Source of the DNA: Gracilinanus agilis
Taxonomy: Eukaryota
Direction: 5' to 3'
DNA: 64,000 nucleotides
NCBI RefSeq assembly: GCF_016433145.1
Contig: NC_058130.1
Span: 133,190,018-133,254,017, forward strand
The position numbers and the translations under genes are program-made. Below are positions 49,560-61,932 of the stretch, one piece after another (the first letter of the stretch is position 1; every line of letters begins with the position of its first letter). The notes below the pieces were generated by a model. The model was not told where the DNA came from. It made no database searches and saw only the letters and a program-made list of their open reading frames with translations.

Positions 49560-51860
49560 TATAACAGGACACAAATATGAAAAATCTTATACTTTTCCCC
49601 CTTTCAATTTAATTTCCCCATAATTAGGTGTAAAAGCAGTTTCCAACATTTTAAAAAGAACTTTGAGTCTTAAATTCTTTCCCTTCCTCACCTTCCCACT
49701 GAGATGGTAAGCAATCTGATACAGATTTTACATTGGCAATTATATAAAACATTTTCCCATATTAAATCCTTTTCTGGAAGAAAACTCAAACAAAAAAATG
49801 AAGAAAATGAATGCTTTGGTCTGGATTCTTTTTCTGGAAGCAGATGACTTTTTTTTTATCATGAGTCCTTTGAGATTATTTTGGATCATTGTATTGTTGA
49901 GAATAACTAAATTATTTACTCACAGTTGTTCACTCTGCTTCAGTTTGTTTAAGTCTTTCCAGGTTTTTCTGAGCTTCTCTTGCTCATCATTTCTTATAGC
50001 ACAAAAGTATTCTGTTACTATCACATAGTATAATTTATTCAGCCATTCCTCAGTTGAAGGGTATCAGCTCACTTTCCAAGTCTTTGTCCACATGAGAAGA
50101 GTTGCTTTAAATATGTATGTATATATATACATATATATGCATATATATATCGATCCTCTCCCTTTTTGTTTTTTATCTCTCTGTGATACAAACTTAGTAA
50201 TGGTATTGCTGGGACAAAGGATCTGTTCTGTTTTATAGCCCTTTGGGCATTCATCCAAATTGCTCTCTAGAATGAACGAATCAGTTTACAACTCCTCCAC
50301 AATGCATTCACGTTTCCATTTCCCCACATTCCTTCCAAGTTTTGTCATTTTCCTTTTCTATCATAAGCCAATATGATTGATGTGGGATGGTACCTCAAAA
50401 TTGTTTTAATTAGAATTTTTCTGATTAATAGTGATTTAGAGCATTTTTTGCATGACTATGGTGAGCTTTAATTACTTTGAGAACTTTTGAACATTTATCA
50501 ATTGGGGAATGACTTATATTCTTATACATTTGACTCATTTCTCTATGTAGTTGAGTAATTAGGTTTTTATTAGAATTCTTGTAAAATGTCTTTTGTACCT
50601 TTATGATTACTGTCTTATTCTCCATTCTATTTTCCCCTGTTTAGTTTCTGACCACATCCCTCAATGTTCCCTTTTATCTATTAGCCGTGCCCCACTTCTC
50701 TTATTCCCCTCCTACTTTCCTGTAGAGTAAAATGAATTGTTATGCCTAATTGTGTATGTTCTCCCCAATCTGGATGAGAGTAAGGTTCTCTTCCTACATC
50801 TCCTATGTTCCCCTCCACTGTAAAAGCTCTTTAATGCTTTTTTTATGTGTAACAATTTATCCCACTCTTTTCCCCTTTCCCCAATGCATTCCTCTTTCTC
50901 ACACCTTATTTTTATTTTTTTAGATATCATCCCATCATATTCAACTGACACCCTTGTCCTTTGTCTTTGTATATTAAATCTAACTATACTACATCTAACT
51001 GCTTTATAAAAATCATCTTCCCATGTAGGGATGTAAATCTGTTGTCTTTTGATTTCTCTTCTTGTTTATTTTTTTATGTTTCTCTTGTGTCTTGCATTTG
51101 AGAGTTAAATTTTCCATTCTTTTCATTAGGAATGTCTGAAAGTCTTCTATTTCATTGAGTACCCATTTTCCTCCCTGAAGAATCATTCTTGATTTCACTG
51201 GGTAAGTGGTTCTTGGTTGATGTCCTAGCTCTTTTGCCCTCCCTCTGGAATATCATATTCTAGACTCTCTGATCCTTTAATCTGTTAAATCTTATGTTAT
51301 TCTGACTGTGGCTCGCTAATATTTGGATTATTTCTTTTTGACTGCTTGCAGTATTTTCTCCTTGACCTGGGCATTCTGGAATTTGGTTATAATATTCCTG
51401 GGAGTTATCCTTTTGACATCTCTTTCAGGAAGTGATCAGTAGATTTTTTTCAATTTCTATTTTATCCTGTGGTTCTAGACTCCTGTAATCTCCTTTTGAG
51501 CAGTTGTCTGATCCTTTACCATCTTTGGCTGAGAGCTCCACAAGCCTTTGCTGGTGATTCAGCTGCTCCCAAGATCTGAGGCTGTGGTGGAGCCTGCCTT
51601 GGCATCCTGCTTTGAGTCTCACTTAAACCCCACTGCCCTAGATCTTTCACACCACCTTCTAAGTTGGGCTGCAAAATTATTTCACCTTGTCTTTTTGTGG
51701 GTTGTGCTGCTCCAGAATTGGTTTTAAGATGTTTTATCATAGTTGTTTGGAGGATAATTTTATAGAGATAAGGTAGGTTTGTGTACATTCTCCAACATTC
51801 TGGTTCTGCCCTTGTGTAGCATGGGTAGATTTGTCCCAAGATAGTCCAATTCCCCAAATG
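49560..51860 (-). mobile_element. Degraded L1 relic(s): ORF1-like and ORF2 C-terminal segments, most of ORF2 absent
   Basis: ORF1-like KSRMILQGGKWVLNEIEDFQTFLMKR (51013-51198) and ORF2-end-like NAQRAIKQ...FVPAIPLL (50069-50254). Confidence 0.6.
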
Positions 51861-52933
51861 GTCCTGCGCTGTTTGTTATACTCTAACTTTCAAGGGTCTG
51901 CTCCCTCACCTGGTTTCAATGTCAGGGAACAAGCTCAAATCTAACTATTTTAATCTGTATTTGTGGTCAAATTATTGGGATAATATCCTTCAAAGGGAGG
52001 AATTAGACAAAGTAATAAGTAAAGATATAAAACTTTTCTAATTAAATGGAACAGTAAAATTTGAGAAAGCAACAGGAATTAAACTATATACATATGATAG
52101 ACTTCCAAATGTATTTAGTATGGAAATTTTAGTAACAAGTACTCAAAACTGTATTAAGGATTTTACATATAAAATTTCATTGAAATTTTAAAGAAAGTGA
52201 AATTATTTTACCATTTTTAAGGTATCTAACAATTTTAAAAGACAGAAGGGTTAATTTGACAGGTTAGGGTCTCTTGAATTTTTTTGTAGATACTTATATT
52301 AGGTACAAAGTTTAGGTAAAATAATTTGGCAGCATTATCAGAACAGTTTCAGCTTTTGCTGCAACTAAGCCTCCATCTTCGCTCTGCTCCCTAGGTAAAG
52401 TAATTTAGAACCAAAGAAGCAAAGCCTCCTTCAGAGGTGTCCTGAGAATGAGTCTTACTCCAAGAATATCCAAGAGAAGATATTTCTGGGGTTCACATGC
52501 GTACACAGGACATCTGAGATGCAAGACAAAATGTGATGATTAAGCAGACTTTTGAACTGGGTCACTAGGATACAAAAGAAATCTGATGTGATTTAACACT
52601 GATGATCACCACATGTTTGAAATCTCAAACTCTTATCTCCTCAATTATTTCAGATTTCACCCATCAAAGTTTTTGGGCAAAGCCAGTCAGAGAAAGGTCT
52701 CTGACCCCTGGAACAGCACTGTAGCTTCATAGTTGACTTAATATGAGATAGGATTCCCCCTTGATTTCAAATTCTTCTCTACCTCCCCAACCTTCCCCTT
52801 TCTAACTTGCCTTTGCCCCTATCTGCCAAGCCACCCAGGTTTACAACCCAGGTGCCATCTTTGACCCATCATTCTCACTTTCCCCTATATCCGATCTGTT
52901 GCTAAGTCCTGACATTGCCACCTTTTGTGACAT

Positions 52934-53649
52934 TGTGATAATGAGATTAAATCTACCCTGCCCATTTTTAGATCTAATTACCAAAAATGTAAACACCCCA
53001 CTTAATTCTCAAGTTGGGAAGTCTGTAACCCATTTGTGCGAAAGTAGGTGACATATCAGAACTGATTGACTGCCCCCTGGGCAGATCCTAAGCAAAGCAT
53101 TTGTTGTGATTGGACACATAAACTAGAAGGATGGCACAGGAAGTGACACAAAAGAAGTGCCTTTAAAAGGAAGTGACAACTTCCTATGAGTTACTTCTTG
53201 TTTGTTTCTTGGAGCTGGAGCTTGAGTTGGAGATGCTGCTTGCTGGACTTGGGACCTGAGACCTTGGTGAGACTGTTCTTAAATCTTTCCCTTAGAACTA
53301 CACATGGTGAGTGTAAAGACTGACTCTTTCTGGATTTCTCTGAAGGAACTCTCCTTTCAAGAGAGGCTTCATGACTGAAGTTTTGCTTCATTTAGCCCTC
53401 AGCTGAGCCTTCCCTGGCTGAGGACTAATTAGCCCTGCCTGGATTGAGCCAGGGAACAGAGCAAATTACTTAGTGAGTTAAGCTAGACCTCTTACTCTAC
53501 CCTCTTCTCATCCCTTTACTTCTACTCTCTTCTATTTTATAAATAAATTACTAAGATCATTTTAGAATTGATGTTTATTCAATTCTTGGCAACCACTCCT
53601 TTAAATATTTAGTCCAACCAAACAAAAACCCTAATTTTTCCTTTTTACA
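52934..53649 (+). mobile_element. Solo LTR (716 bp, ERV1-type 4-bp TSD) splitting an old L2 in MVP intron 1
   Basis: TG...CA termini; TSD ACAT at 52930-52933 and 53650-53653; TATA-like cctttaaaagg near 53161; AATAAA at 53542-53547. The L2-like sequence resumes on both sides. Confidence 0.8.
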
Positions 53650-54064
53650 ACATCTCTTACATGGCTAGTCCCCTTCTCTCTTTTGACACTGACTATCTTG
53701 GAAGAGGCCCTCATCACTTTGTCTGAACTTCCTGGTGGATCTCCTCTCTGCCTCAAGTCTCTCTCCTCACTCCAGTCCATCTCAGACTAATCTCAACCAC
53801 TCACCAAAGTGATTTTTCTAAAGTGTAGGTTTGACCATGTTACACACCCTCTCCCCCACCAACTCAAAGTCTAATGGCTCCCTATTACCTCTAGGATCAA
53901 ATAAAAACTTTTTTCCTTTGAAAGCCCTTCACAAACTGCTTCCTACTGTTCCGATCTTTTTACACTTTTCTCACTTCTATCTAACTCTAAAATCCAGTAC
54001 ACTGGCCTCTTGGCTATTCCTTGCACAAGAAACTCCATCTCCTGAAATTTTCCTCCCAATGGCT

Positions 54065-54275
54065 TTTCTTTTTTTCCTTTGTTTTCTGACTTGGAACTGA
54101 TACTAAATATTGGTTGCAAGGCAGAAGAGTGATAAAAGGGCTAGGCAACTGGGATTAAGTGATTTGCCCAGGATAATACAGCTAGGAAATATCTGAGGTC
54201 AGATTTGAACCCAGGCCCCCTCCCATTCCCCCCACCCTTGGGTCTGGAACTCTATCCACTGAGCCACCTAGCTTC
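54065..54275 (-). mobile_element. Marsupial SINE copy
   Basis: Family motifs. Confidence 0.7.
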
Positions 54276-54741
54276 CCCTTCACTGTTTTTTCCTGATTGT
54301 CTGGTATGCTTCTTCTTTGTCTCTCTTAGCTTCCCTAAAAGTCTAGGCTCAAACCCCACGATCTACAGGGACCAGTTTCCCTCAAAGCTACTTCCAATTT
54401 ACCCTGTATCTATCTCATATATACACAGCTTTTTTTTTTTTTTTTTTTTTGCTATCTCCCACCACTAGAATAGAAGCCCCTCCAGGGCAGGGACTCCATG
54501 GTCCCCCTTTAGCTCACAGCATTTACTTAATAAATGTTGATACCCAGTCTACTTCCTTAGGTTATGCTGGGCCAACTCTCGAATGCACTTTCTTTTTCTG
54601 TACCCAGGAAACACAATTCTAAACTTTTGTTGAAAGACCCATAAACTACTTTTAATAGCTTCTTATTTATATCTTTCTTTCAAAAGGCATTAAATCCTAT
54701 AAATTTCTAAGAGGCATATCTTTTTCATCTTTGTGCACATC

Positions 54742-55301
54742 TGTTGAATTGGCATGGGAACTTGGGGTTTCCCTTTTGGACACCCCAAACTCCAGAAGCA
54801 TTTCAAGTCAAAGAGCAGGAAAATTCCTTTCATTTCTTGCAGCCTGGCAATTCTGAGGAAAAGGTGACTCTGGACATCAGAGACTCATGATAAGAAGAGA
54901 CCCCTGAAATATTCTCCTTGGATTCTCCCCTAGATTTTGAGATGGACACAGATATACATCTTCTGGTTATGCTCTGACACCATTGGGTTGTAATTAGGAC
55001 ATCTACTTGTCCCCTAAGTCTTCAGGACACAAAATACCACTCTAGCCCCATGTCAGGGGACTAACACCCCCCACTTCTGCCTAAACTCATACTATCATGT
55101 AGCACCTGTTGTCAAGAGGGTATAAAAAAATCCAGAACCCATCCCTCCTAGGAGGTAATGACCACTCTTGTGCCTGTCCTTCCAGCCAATTCAACATGAA
55201 TTCCAAATTAATATATTTCTCTTTTTATTTCTAAGCTAAGTTAAGGAGTCTTGCATTCTTGTCCCAAACTCCAGGGGTTCACCCCAAGGCACCCCACAAC
55301 A
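54742..55301 (+). mobile_element. Solo LTR, family B copy 2
   Basis: TGTTG...CAACA terminal inverted ends; TATA gggtataaaaaaa near 55120; homologous to 48510-49238 in opposite orientation. Confidence 0.75.
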
Positions 55302-56916
55302 GAATGAATGCTAGTAGCATTTGTGCCAATGAGCTTTTATTTCTGTGAGGCAGGTTTCAATTTGGTCTAACCAACAAATAATTATAATAGCTGGCAATGT
55401 ATATTAGCTAAGAACAACTTTCCTGAGGAAGATGCATTTATCCCCCTTTGATAGATGAGAAGACTAAGCCTGAGAAAGGGAAATTTTTTTGGCCAGGGTC
55501 TTCCAGCTACTAAGGTGGTCTGAGGCCAGATCTGAACCCAAACAACCCCCAGCTCTACTCACTATACCTCCTAGTGGGAATAGGTCAGACTGATGAGAAA
55601 GTGAAAGGAACTCTGACTATAATAATTGGTTGCATTTGCTCAAGCCTCCATTTTTGACTGAGTCACCAAACAGTGGTTTTACTTCTCATTCCATGGATTT
55701 CTTTATTTGCAATAGGGGAATGATCATCTCTAAGGCCACTCCCCATATCAAATCAAGTGGCTTCTAAAAGTCTTTTCGGTTTTATGACCATCTATTTTTG
55801 CTTCCTGCTTTTCCTTAGGCAAGTCCAAGGGCTGGCCTGGAACCAGAATGAGTCAAGGACTCAAGAACCTGAGGGAAGGGTGGGTCCAGAGACACTCATT
55901 CCAGGGAGAACTTTGGTCCTGGGGGCCAAAAGTAGTTGAAGGGAAAAGTGAAATTTCTGGGACCAGAGGATCTCCTATCATCACTGAATTTAAAGGAGAG
56001 GAACAATTAACTAACTATTCAGTGAAAAAATCACCCCATCATGGCTGTGTGGAGTCACTTCACCCCAACTGCCTGGCCCTGAACACTCTTCTGCTTATTC
56101 TAACACATTGTAAGAGTTTAAAAAAATGACAATTAAAAAAAAAAAAGAAAATTTCCCCATCGATTTGAGGCGTCGTGTAAGATAAGGAAGTGAGCTCCAA
56201 TGACTGCTAAAATCTGTGGGTACGGGTGGCCTCCCCAGAGTCCTCAGGTCTCATCTGGTAGTCCTAGAGCTCCCAGAATCATGGTCCTCTTTCCCCTTGG
56301 GAAAAGTGTTTCCATGAGGCCAGACTGATCCCCAAAAGGGGGAAGGAAGAGTGAGAGCTTGACTCTGACCGTGCTTTCCTTCTCGGTCCTGCCGGTTGCA
56401 GAAGAGATCTTGTATCGTGTGCCAGAGAGCCAAGTGGGAAGCCTTGTCCAGTCTGTGCCAAGGCCAGATAAGAGGCCGGGGTGGGGCAGTACGGGAAGGC
56501 TAAGCTCGGCTCTAAAGCTCTTTTACCACAAATCCCCGGGGTAGGGACACTCCCTTCTGGTGGAATGGGTCTACTCTCAGAGGACTCCCAAAGCCTCTTC
56601 CCACCAGTACACCCCTCTTATTTGGACTGCCGCCAAATGCCCTTTCCAGAACTTAAGGTTGCCTAGGGAAGAGCATGTTATGCCCAACATGGCGAAGAGC
56701 CTTTCTTACTAGCAAGGGCTCCGCACGGAATACACGAAAGGCAGAGTAAAGGGAGGCTTCTGGGAGCAGCTGATGGGGGACGGAGTGAGGATAAGGAGCC
56801 AGCTCATCCGGGTCCGCCAAGTACACTTCAGGATGCTGCTTTGTGAACATTTCCAAGGTCTCCAGGGCACCCCCAGAATTCCAGCCGGGGGTACCGGAGC
56901 CGTCTTCCACACTCAC

Positions 56917-57070
56917 CTGGCCCAGTCCTAACTGAATCCTTATGGAAAGGGTGGGACGAGAGGGGGCACTTACGGCTGGGTCTCCGGGCGACTGGGCTGG
57001 GGCAGGTTTCGACGTTGCCGACTTCTCATCCCTGTGAAAACTGCGGAATTCCCCCACTCCCGCCCCACGT
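56917..57070 (-). other. MVP: Probable non-coding first exon of MVP with two alternative donors
   Basis: Donors CC|GTAAGT (boundary 56974/56973) and CAG|GTGAGT (56917/56916) inside a CpG island downstream of PAGR1. The acceptor of the ATG exon is at 47477 (alternative 18 nt further upstream). The TSS is approximate. Confidence 0.55.
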
Positions 57071-57502
57071 CCGCTTTTTATGGACTTCCTGGTAGTCGAG
57101 CCCCCAAGCACGTGGAGGGGTGGGACTGGAGCATTTAAAGAGCCCACAGCGTGGGTGTGGGGAAGGAGCTGCCTCCGGCTCTCCTGCAACAGGACCCTTG
57201 GGAAGTCCCGGCGCTCGCTCCCTCCCTCCGCTGGGTTTCCTAAACACCCCCCCCCCCTTTTTTTTTCTTGAAAGACTGGAAGAGCCAGGGCTTTTTGGTC
57301 GATAAGTCTCTTGAACCCATCTCCCGAGGAATCCTGGGATACTTATTTCTCCAAGCCCCCCCGCCCGCAGTGGAGGAGAGAAGGGGGGAATAGCAAAGCT
57401 GCCAGAACTTCTGGAGTTCTCTCCGCATCAACGAGCCCTCCTCTGTAGCCAGCGGATAAGAGGGAGTGGTGAGGGGACTAGCTGTCTGTATAGATACAAG
57501 TC

Positions 57503-57508
57503 TTTATT
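57503..57508 (-). terminator. PAGR1 poly(A) signal AATAAA
   Basis: tttatt on +, about 185 nt after the stop codon. Confidence 0.7.
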
Positions 57509-57691
57509 TAGACATTTATGTTGGCCTAAAAAACCTCAGAATGTAACTGCTCAGTCACAAAAACACAGCCACCGAAACACAGTCCACCCCACCACTTTGC
57601 TCTCCTCCAGTCGCTAGCTTCTTCTCCAGCCGGCCTCGTGCCAGGCTCGCTCTCGGTCCTGGGGGGCTGCAGAGGGGAGTCTCCTGTTCCC

Positions 57692-59259
57692 TCAGTATTT
57701 GCGCTGCCTCAAGAAGAGCCCTCCTCCGGTGGGTCGGACGGGAGTGGTCGAAGGCGAAGGGTCTTCGGAGTCTAGGCTAAAGAGATCTCGGCCAGTCCTG
57801 AGGATCTGCTCCTCCAGCTTCTTGTGCCGCTTCATGTCGGACAGAACCTTGTCGAGGCGGGCCTCGCGCTTCTGGCTCCGGGCCGAGCTCCCTGGAGGAG
57901 CGCACGGGATGGGAAGACTGAGGACCCTCGCTCCCCACCCCACTACCGCTAGGAGATCCCGGGAGTGAGTAGCTAAACTCATTTACACCAACTTGGCTGC
58001 TCTGGGGGGCGGGGTGGGACGGGGCAGCGGCCTTAAGCCTAGCGGCCTAGGGAGGAGAATGACCAGAACTTCCCACCTGTTCCCCTCCCCTTCGGTTTTC
58101 ACATAAGCTCTCCCACTCCGTACCTGGGGTACGTCTTCGGTCAATCAGAGAATCCTTGGGCGTCATGGGCTCATCATCAAAGTCAAATTCTGTGGGCACA
58201 TGAGGTCTGGGACCCGGCAAAAAGAGAGAGAGGGGCTGTGGGCAACTTCTTTGGTTAAACACCCCCTCCCCCCCCCCCCAACTGCAGGGGTGGGGGCAAA
58301 ACTAAGGGGCCAGAGAAGTCACCCTCTGCTTTTTTTCTTCAACTTGCTTCCTGGGTTTCTTTTTCTTCTCTGCCCTTTAATTGCTTCCAGCTCTGTTTAT
58401 TCCTTGGCCTCCCAACCCCTTCATCTTTCCTTAGGCATTCATCCTACTTTATAGGTAGTGAAGTGGATAGAGTATTGGGCCTGGAGTTAGGAAGACCTGA
58501 GATCAGATGAATTCACCTGCTCTTACTAGTTGTGTGACCCTAGGCAAGTCACTTAACCGCTGCCTGCCTCAGTTTCCTCATCTGTAAAATGGGGATAATA
58601 AAAGCACCTGCTTCCCATCAGGATCAAATGAGGTAATATTTGGAAAGCACATAGTTAAGTACTCTATAAATGAAAGCTACTGTCAGTTGCAGCTTGTTCC
58701 CTCCCATCCCTTCTCCCTTGGTGCCCAGGAGCAGGAGGCTGCCACACTCAACTCACTTTTCCTCTTCCTCCTCCTCTGCCTCAGGCTCTTCATCTGATTT
58801 CTCTTCCTCACTCTGGACTTCTGGAGTGGGAGGCCGGCGGGGTAGAACCTCAGCCTGGAGCTCCAGAGTCCCATGGGTAGCCAGCAGCTCATAGAGCTTT
58901 CTAATTTCTGCAGGGGGTGGCATCCAGGGTTCCCCATCCTGGGGTAACTCTAGCTCTTCATCGCTGCAAGGCACACACCAATCTTCCTTTCCCTCATCAT
59001 CGTCGTCATCTTCTTCTTCCTCCTCTGAGGTACCCGTTGGTTCTACCGGTGCCTCTTCAAGGGTCGATTCCTCTGCTTCCACCTCCACCTGGACTTCTTC
59101 TCTGGCCCTTTCCCTTCCCTCCTCCTCCTCTACCTCTTGGGCCGAGTCAGTCCGGGCAGGGGCCCCCGCAGGGTCCTCCACAGCCAAAGCTTCCAGGCCA
59201 GAAGTCACCTCCCCTTCCCCCGGCTCCAACGCTGCAGTGGTCACCACCAAAGACTCCAT
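57692..59259 (-). CDS. PAGR1: PAXIP1-associated glutamate-rich protein 1, 261 aa
   Basis: Exons 59259-58757, 58206-58124, 57891-57692 (786 nt), GT-AG. Kozak gccATGG; conserved [33 protein letters not shown] and [22 protein letters not shown]; ends RQRKY*. Confidence 0.96.
58450..58680 (+). mobile_element. MIR in PAGR1 intron 1
   Basis: ggaagacctgag...gtgtgaccctaggcaagtcacttaacc...cctcagtttcctcatctgtaaaatggggataata. Confidence 0.75.
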
Positions 59260-59549
59260 GGCCCTGGGCCAAGGCCCTAGAACCTCTGGGGAAGAAGCCC
59301 AACAATGACTGCTAGCTTAGGAGGTTGAGGGTCTGAGGCACAGACCTGGCTGGGAATAGGGGGGCGCGGGAGTCAACAATAGGGGAATCCCCAATTCCTA
59401 ACGTAGGAGTAGGATCCACCAGGGAGATCTCCAGGCTGAGAGCAAAGGGGCTAGCTGCGTCCCTTCCCTCTCCTCATTCCCCGCCAGTACCCCCAAAGTC
59501 TACACTGTCGGCTTCAGGGCTCTCCCCCAGGATCTCAAAGCGTAGGGGA

Positions 59550-60250
59550 CAGGAAAAGTAGTTTTTTATAAAAAAAAAAAAAGCCAGCCCCCCCTACCCC
59601 CAATTTATAATGCCACCTCGAAAGAAAAGGCCACACACCTAGATGAGGGGGAGTCTTCTGCCTCTCTCCCCCTTTCCCCCAGGGGGTCAGACACGGCAAG
59701 GACTGGGGGAGGGGCCGGTAAGCGAGAAAAGTCCACGAGCGCGCGCTTTTCCCACGTTAACTCCACCCCTTCCCCACTCTCCGCCCCAGCGACCGCGGCG
59801 CGCGCATCCACGCGGGTCCCCTCGAAGTCGATCTCGGGACCAACTCCCACGGTCGTTCCACATCCACCCGCGTCCCTGCCCCTTGCGCGAGGAGATCCGA
59901 TACGCACCTGGTGCAGCACCCTTGCCCACCCCCTCCTCACCCCCCAACTCCGATCATGGTAGGCGCATGCGCCTGGAGCAGGACTCGCGGCTCCAGGGAT
60001 GAGGGAAAAACCCTGTAATCCTGCGGGTCTGGCGTCTGCCAGGAATTAAGATGGCTACCAAGGCAGCGCATGCGTACCGCATTAAACATCCCTGGCGTAG
60101 ACATAATCATCTCCCTGCGCCTCTCTTCCCCCCTACCACCCCCACCCCCCTAACGCGTCCCGTTTTCTCGGAGCCTAGGGGACTTGAGGGTCTTGAGAGT
60201 GAGAGCCAACCACTAGTATCACAAGTTTCTGTATCGATTTAGGGTTTGCA
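59550..60250. promoter_or_regulatory. PAGR1 CpG-island promoter
   Basis: CpG-rich; NRF1 palindrome GCGCATGCGC at 59963-59972 and GCGCATGCGT at 60066-60075; YY1-like AAGATGGC at 60048-60055. Confidence 0.7.
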
Positions 60251-60511
60251 TAGCGCTTTCTTCATCGCAATTCTAGAAGGCAGCCAGGGTGTGCATCATT
60301 ATATCCATTTTACAGATGAGGGAAATGAGGCTCAGAAGGGGGTGGGGGGATGCTACTAGGAAGCCGTATATTTACTGAGAGTAGCATGTGACGAGGACCA
60401 TCTAGGGGACTGATAAGGAGGTGGCAGAGGCCGCGGCGAGAGGGAAGAGCCCAGGACAGGCGCCGACGGACAGAAGAAGCCAAGAGAGCCACATCTCATG
60501 CACAATCTCAG

Positions 60512-60517
60512 TTTATT
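60512..60517 (-). terminator. PRRT2 poly(A) signal AATAAA
   Basis: First tttatt (+) that I found downstream of the stop, giving a 3' UTR of about 1.4 kb that ends just before the PAGR1 island. Confidence 0.6.
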
Positions 60518-60570
60518 GGTGTTCATATTCATGCAGCATCCTCCATACAAAAAGAGTAACCAGTTAGGTG

Positions 60571-60574
<4 letters not shown>

Positions 60575-60602
<28 letters not shown>
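60575..60602. repeat. (TG)n microsatellite in the PRRT2 3' UTR
   Basis: Direct observation. Confidence 0.9.
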
Positions 60603-60604
<2 letters not shown>

Positions 60605-61932
60605 TTTTTTTAGATCCGTGGGTTTTCCCCCCACACCTTTTTTTTTTTTTAGAAAAGAAAAAAAAATTTCTCTGCTAACTGGGCTGGCTGGGTAGCTCCC
60701 CACCCCAAACCTCGTGCCCTGCCTCGTGCGGCAAAATTGCCCTCCTCCCCTGAAAAAAAAAAAATCCACAAGGACACGCCCCTTGCAAGCCCAGGCATAG
60801 AGCTCCGAAGCCCGGCATTTGGTCCGATTTTTTGGCTTTTTTTTTTTCTTAAAAAGCACGTGAATGGCACAACTGTCCCCCTATAAATAAACTAATACAT
60901 AAATAAACCGTTAAAATCCTCTCTTTTGGGGCAGCCAGGGGAGGGGAATGTGGACTAAGGCGCAGCGCCTGGGTGACAACACTGGGAGGGTAAACACGAT
61001 CCCAGGTTAGAAATCACCCGCCCCAGTTCCATTCCCTCATGCGTGGTATGTGCTTAGAACAGGCATCGCAGACCAAACAGCAATGCACCCCAGCCCCCCT
61101 CCCCCCATACATGAAATTAGAAGATACTTCAAGACCTACCCCACCCCCCTTCCCCTTCATGCCCCCCAATGCAGCTCTCTCCCCATACTGTGCTTCATGG
61201 GGAGATATTTGAGAGGGTAGACCCTTAGTCTGCTCCCAGAAATTGTCTTTTAAGAGAATGAACAGTCAGAGAGATAGGCTGGATTTTTGTTTTTGCATAT
61301 CATTTCCAGGAGGATGTTGAACCATCACTCCTTTCCCCAACTTGAACTGGGCAGCCCCTGACAACCCCTTCCTTTGAGGGAAGGAGGAGTGGGCAGGCTT
61401 TCAGAAAGTCTAGTCTGTTCAGTTGGAGGTGGGGAACAGGGTCAGGTCACCCACCACAGCCCCACTTCACTCTGCCCAGTTTGTTTTTGTAGACTGTCCA
61501 GGAAAGGGGAAAGAGGGAGGTGAGAAATTGAGGCAAGGGATGGAAAGTGAACCCTGAGAGAAGGGCCATGACTGGGAAAATCCATGATGAGAAAAGAGGT
61601 TGGGAGAAGGGCATGAGGAAAGAGGAAAGGAAGCTGAGAATATGAGAAGAAAATAATAAAGAAGGATAAGGGAAAGGGAGACAAAGAAGGAAGAAAGGGA
61701 AGGCTAGCAGATTAGCAGAAGATAGAAGAGGGGCAGGGAGAGGTAAATGAGGTGGCACTGGGATGAGATCGGAAAGGAAGGGAATATTGTAAACAAGACT
61801 CTGCTCCAGCTCCCTTGGTCTCTGTAGGATCAAGGGCTGGTGGTAGGGACCATCATTAGGCCTCACCCCAGGGAAGAGATGGACCCCTGGTAGTTCAGAA
61901 GAAAAAATCGTAGGGGTACATGGTAGAGCCTC

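Larger units (their letters stand above)
56650..58050. promoter_or_regulatory. CpG island: MVP promoter overlapping the PAGR1 3' end
   Basis: CpG-rich; GC box GGGGCGGG; two NF-kB consensus sites (57045-57054 and 57200-57209); ETS core ACTTCCTG near 57084. Confidence 0.7.

Noticed and set aside
52533-52586. GTGATGA...CTGA C/D-box-like pair
   Set aside because: Only about 54 nt, no terminal stem, and antisense to the host gene MVP.
56653-57189. 178-aa minus-strand ORF over the MVP promoter
   Set aside because: It lies in a GC-rich island where stops are rare, crosses two splice donors of the MVP non-coding exon, and has no recognisable domain.
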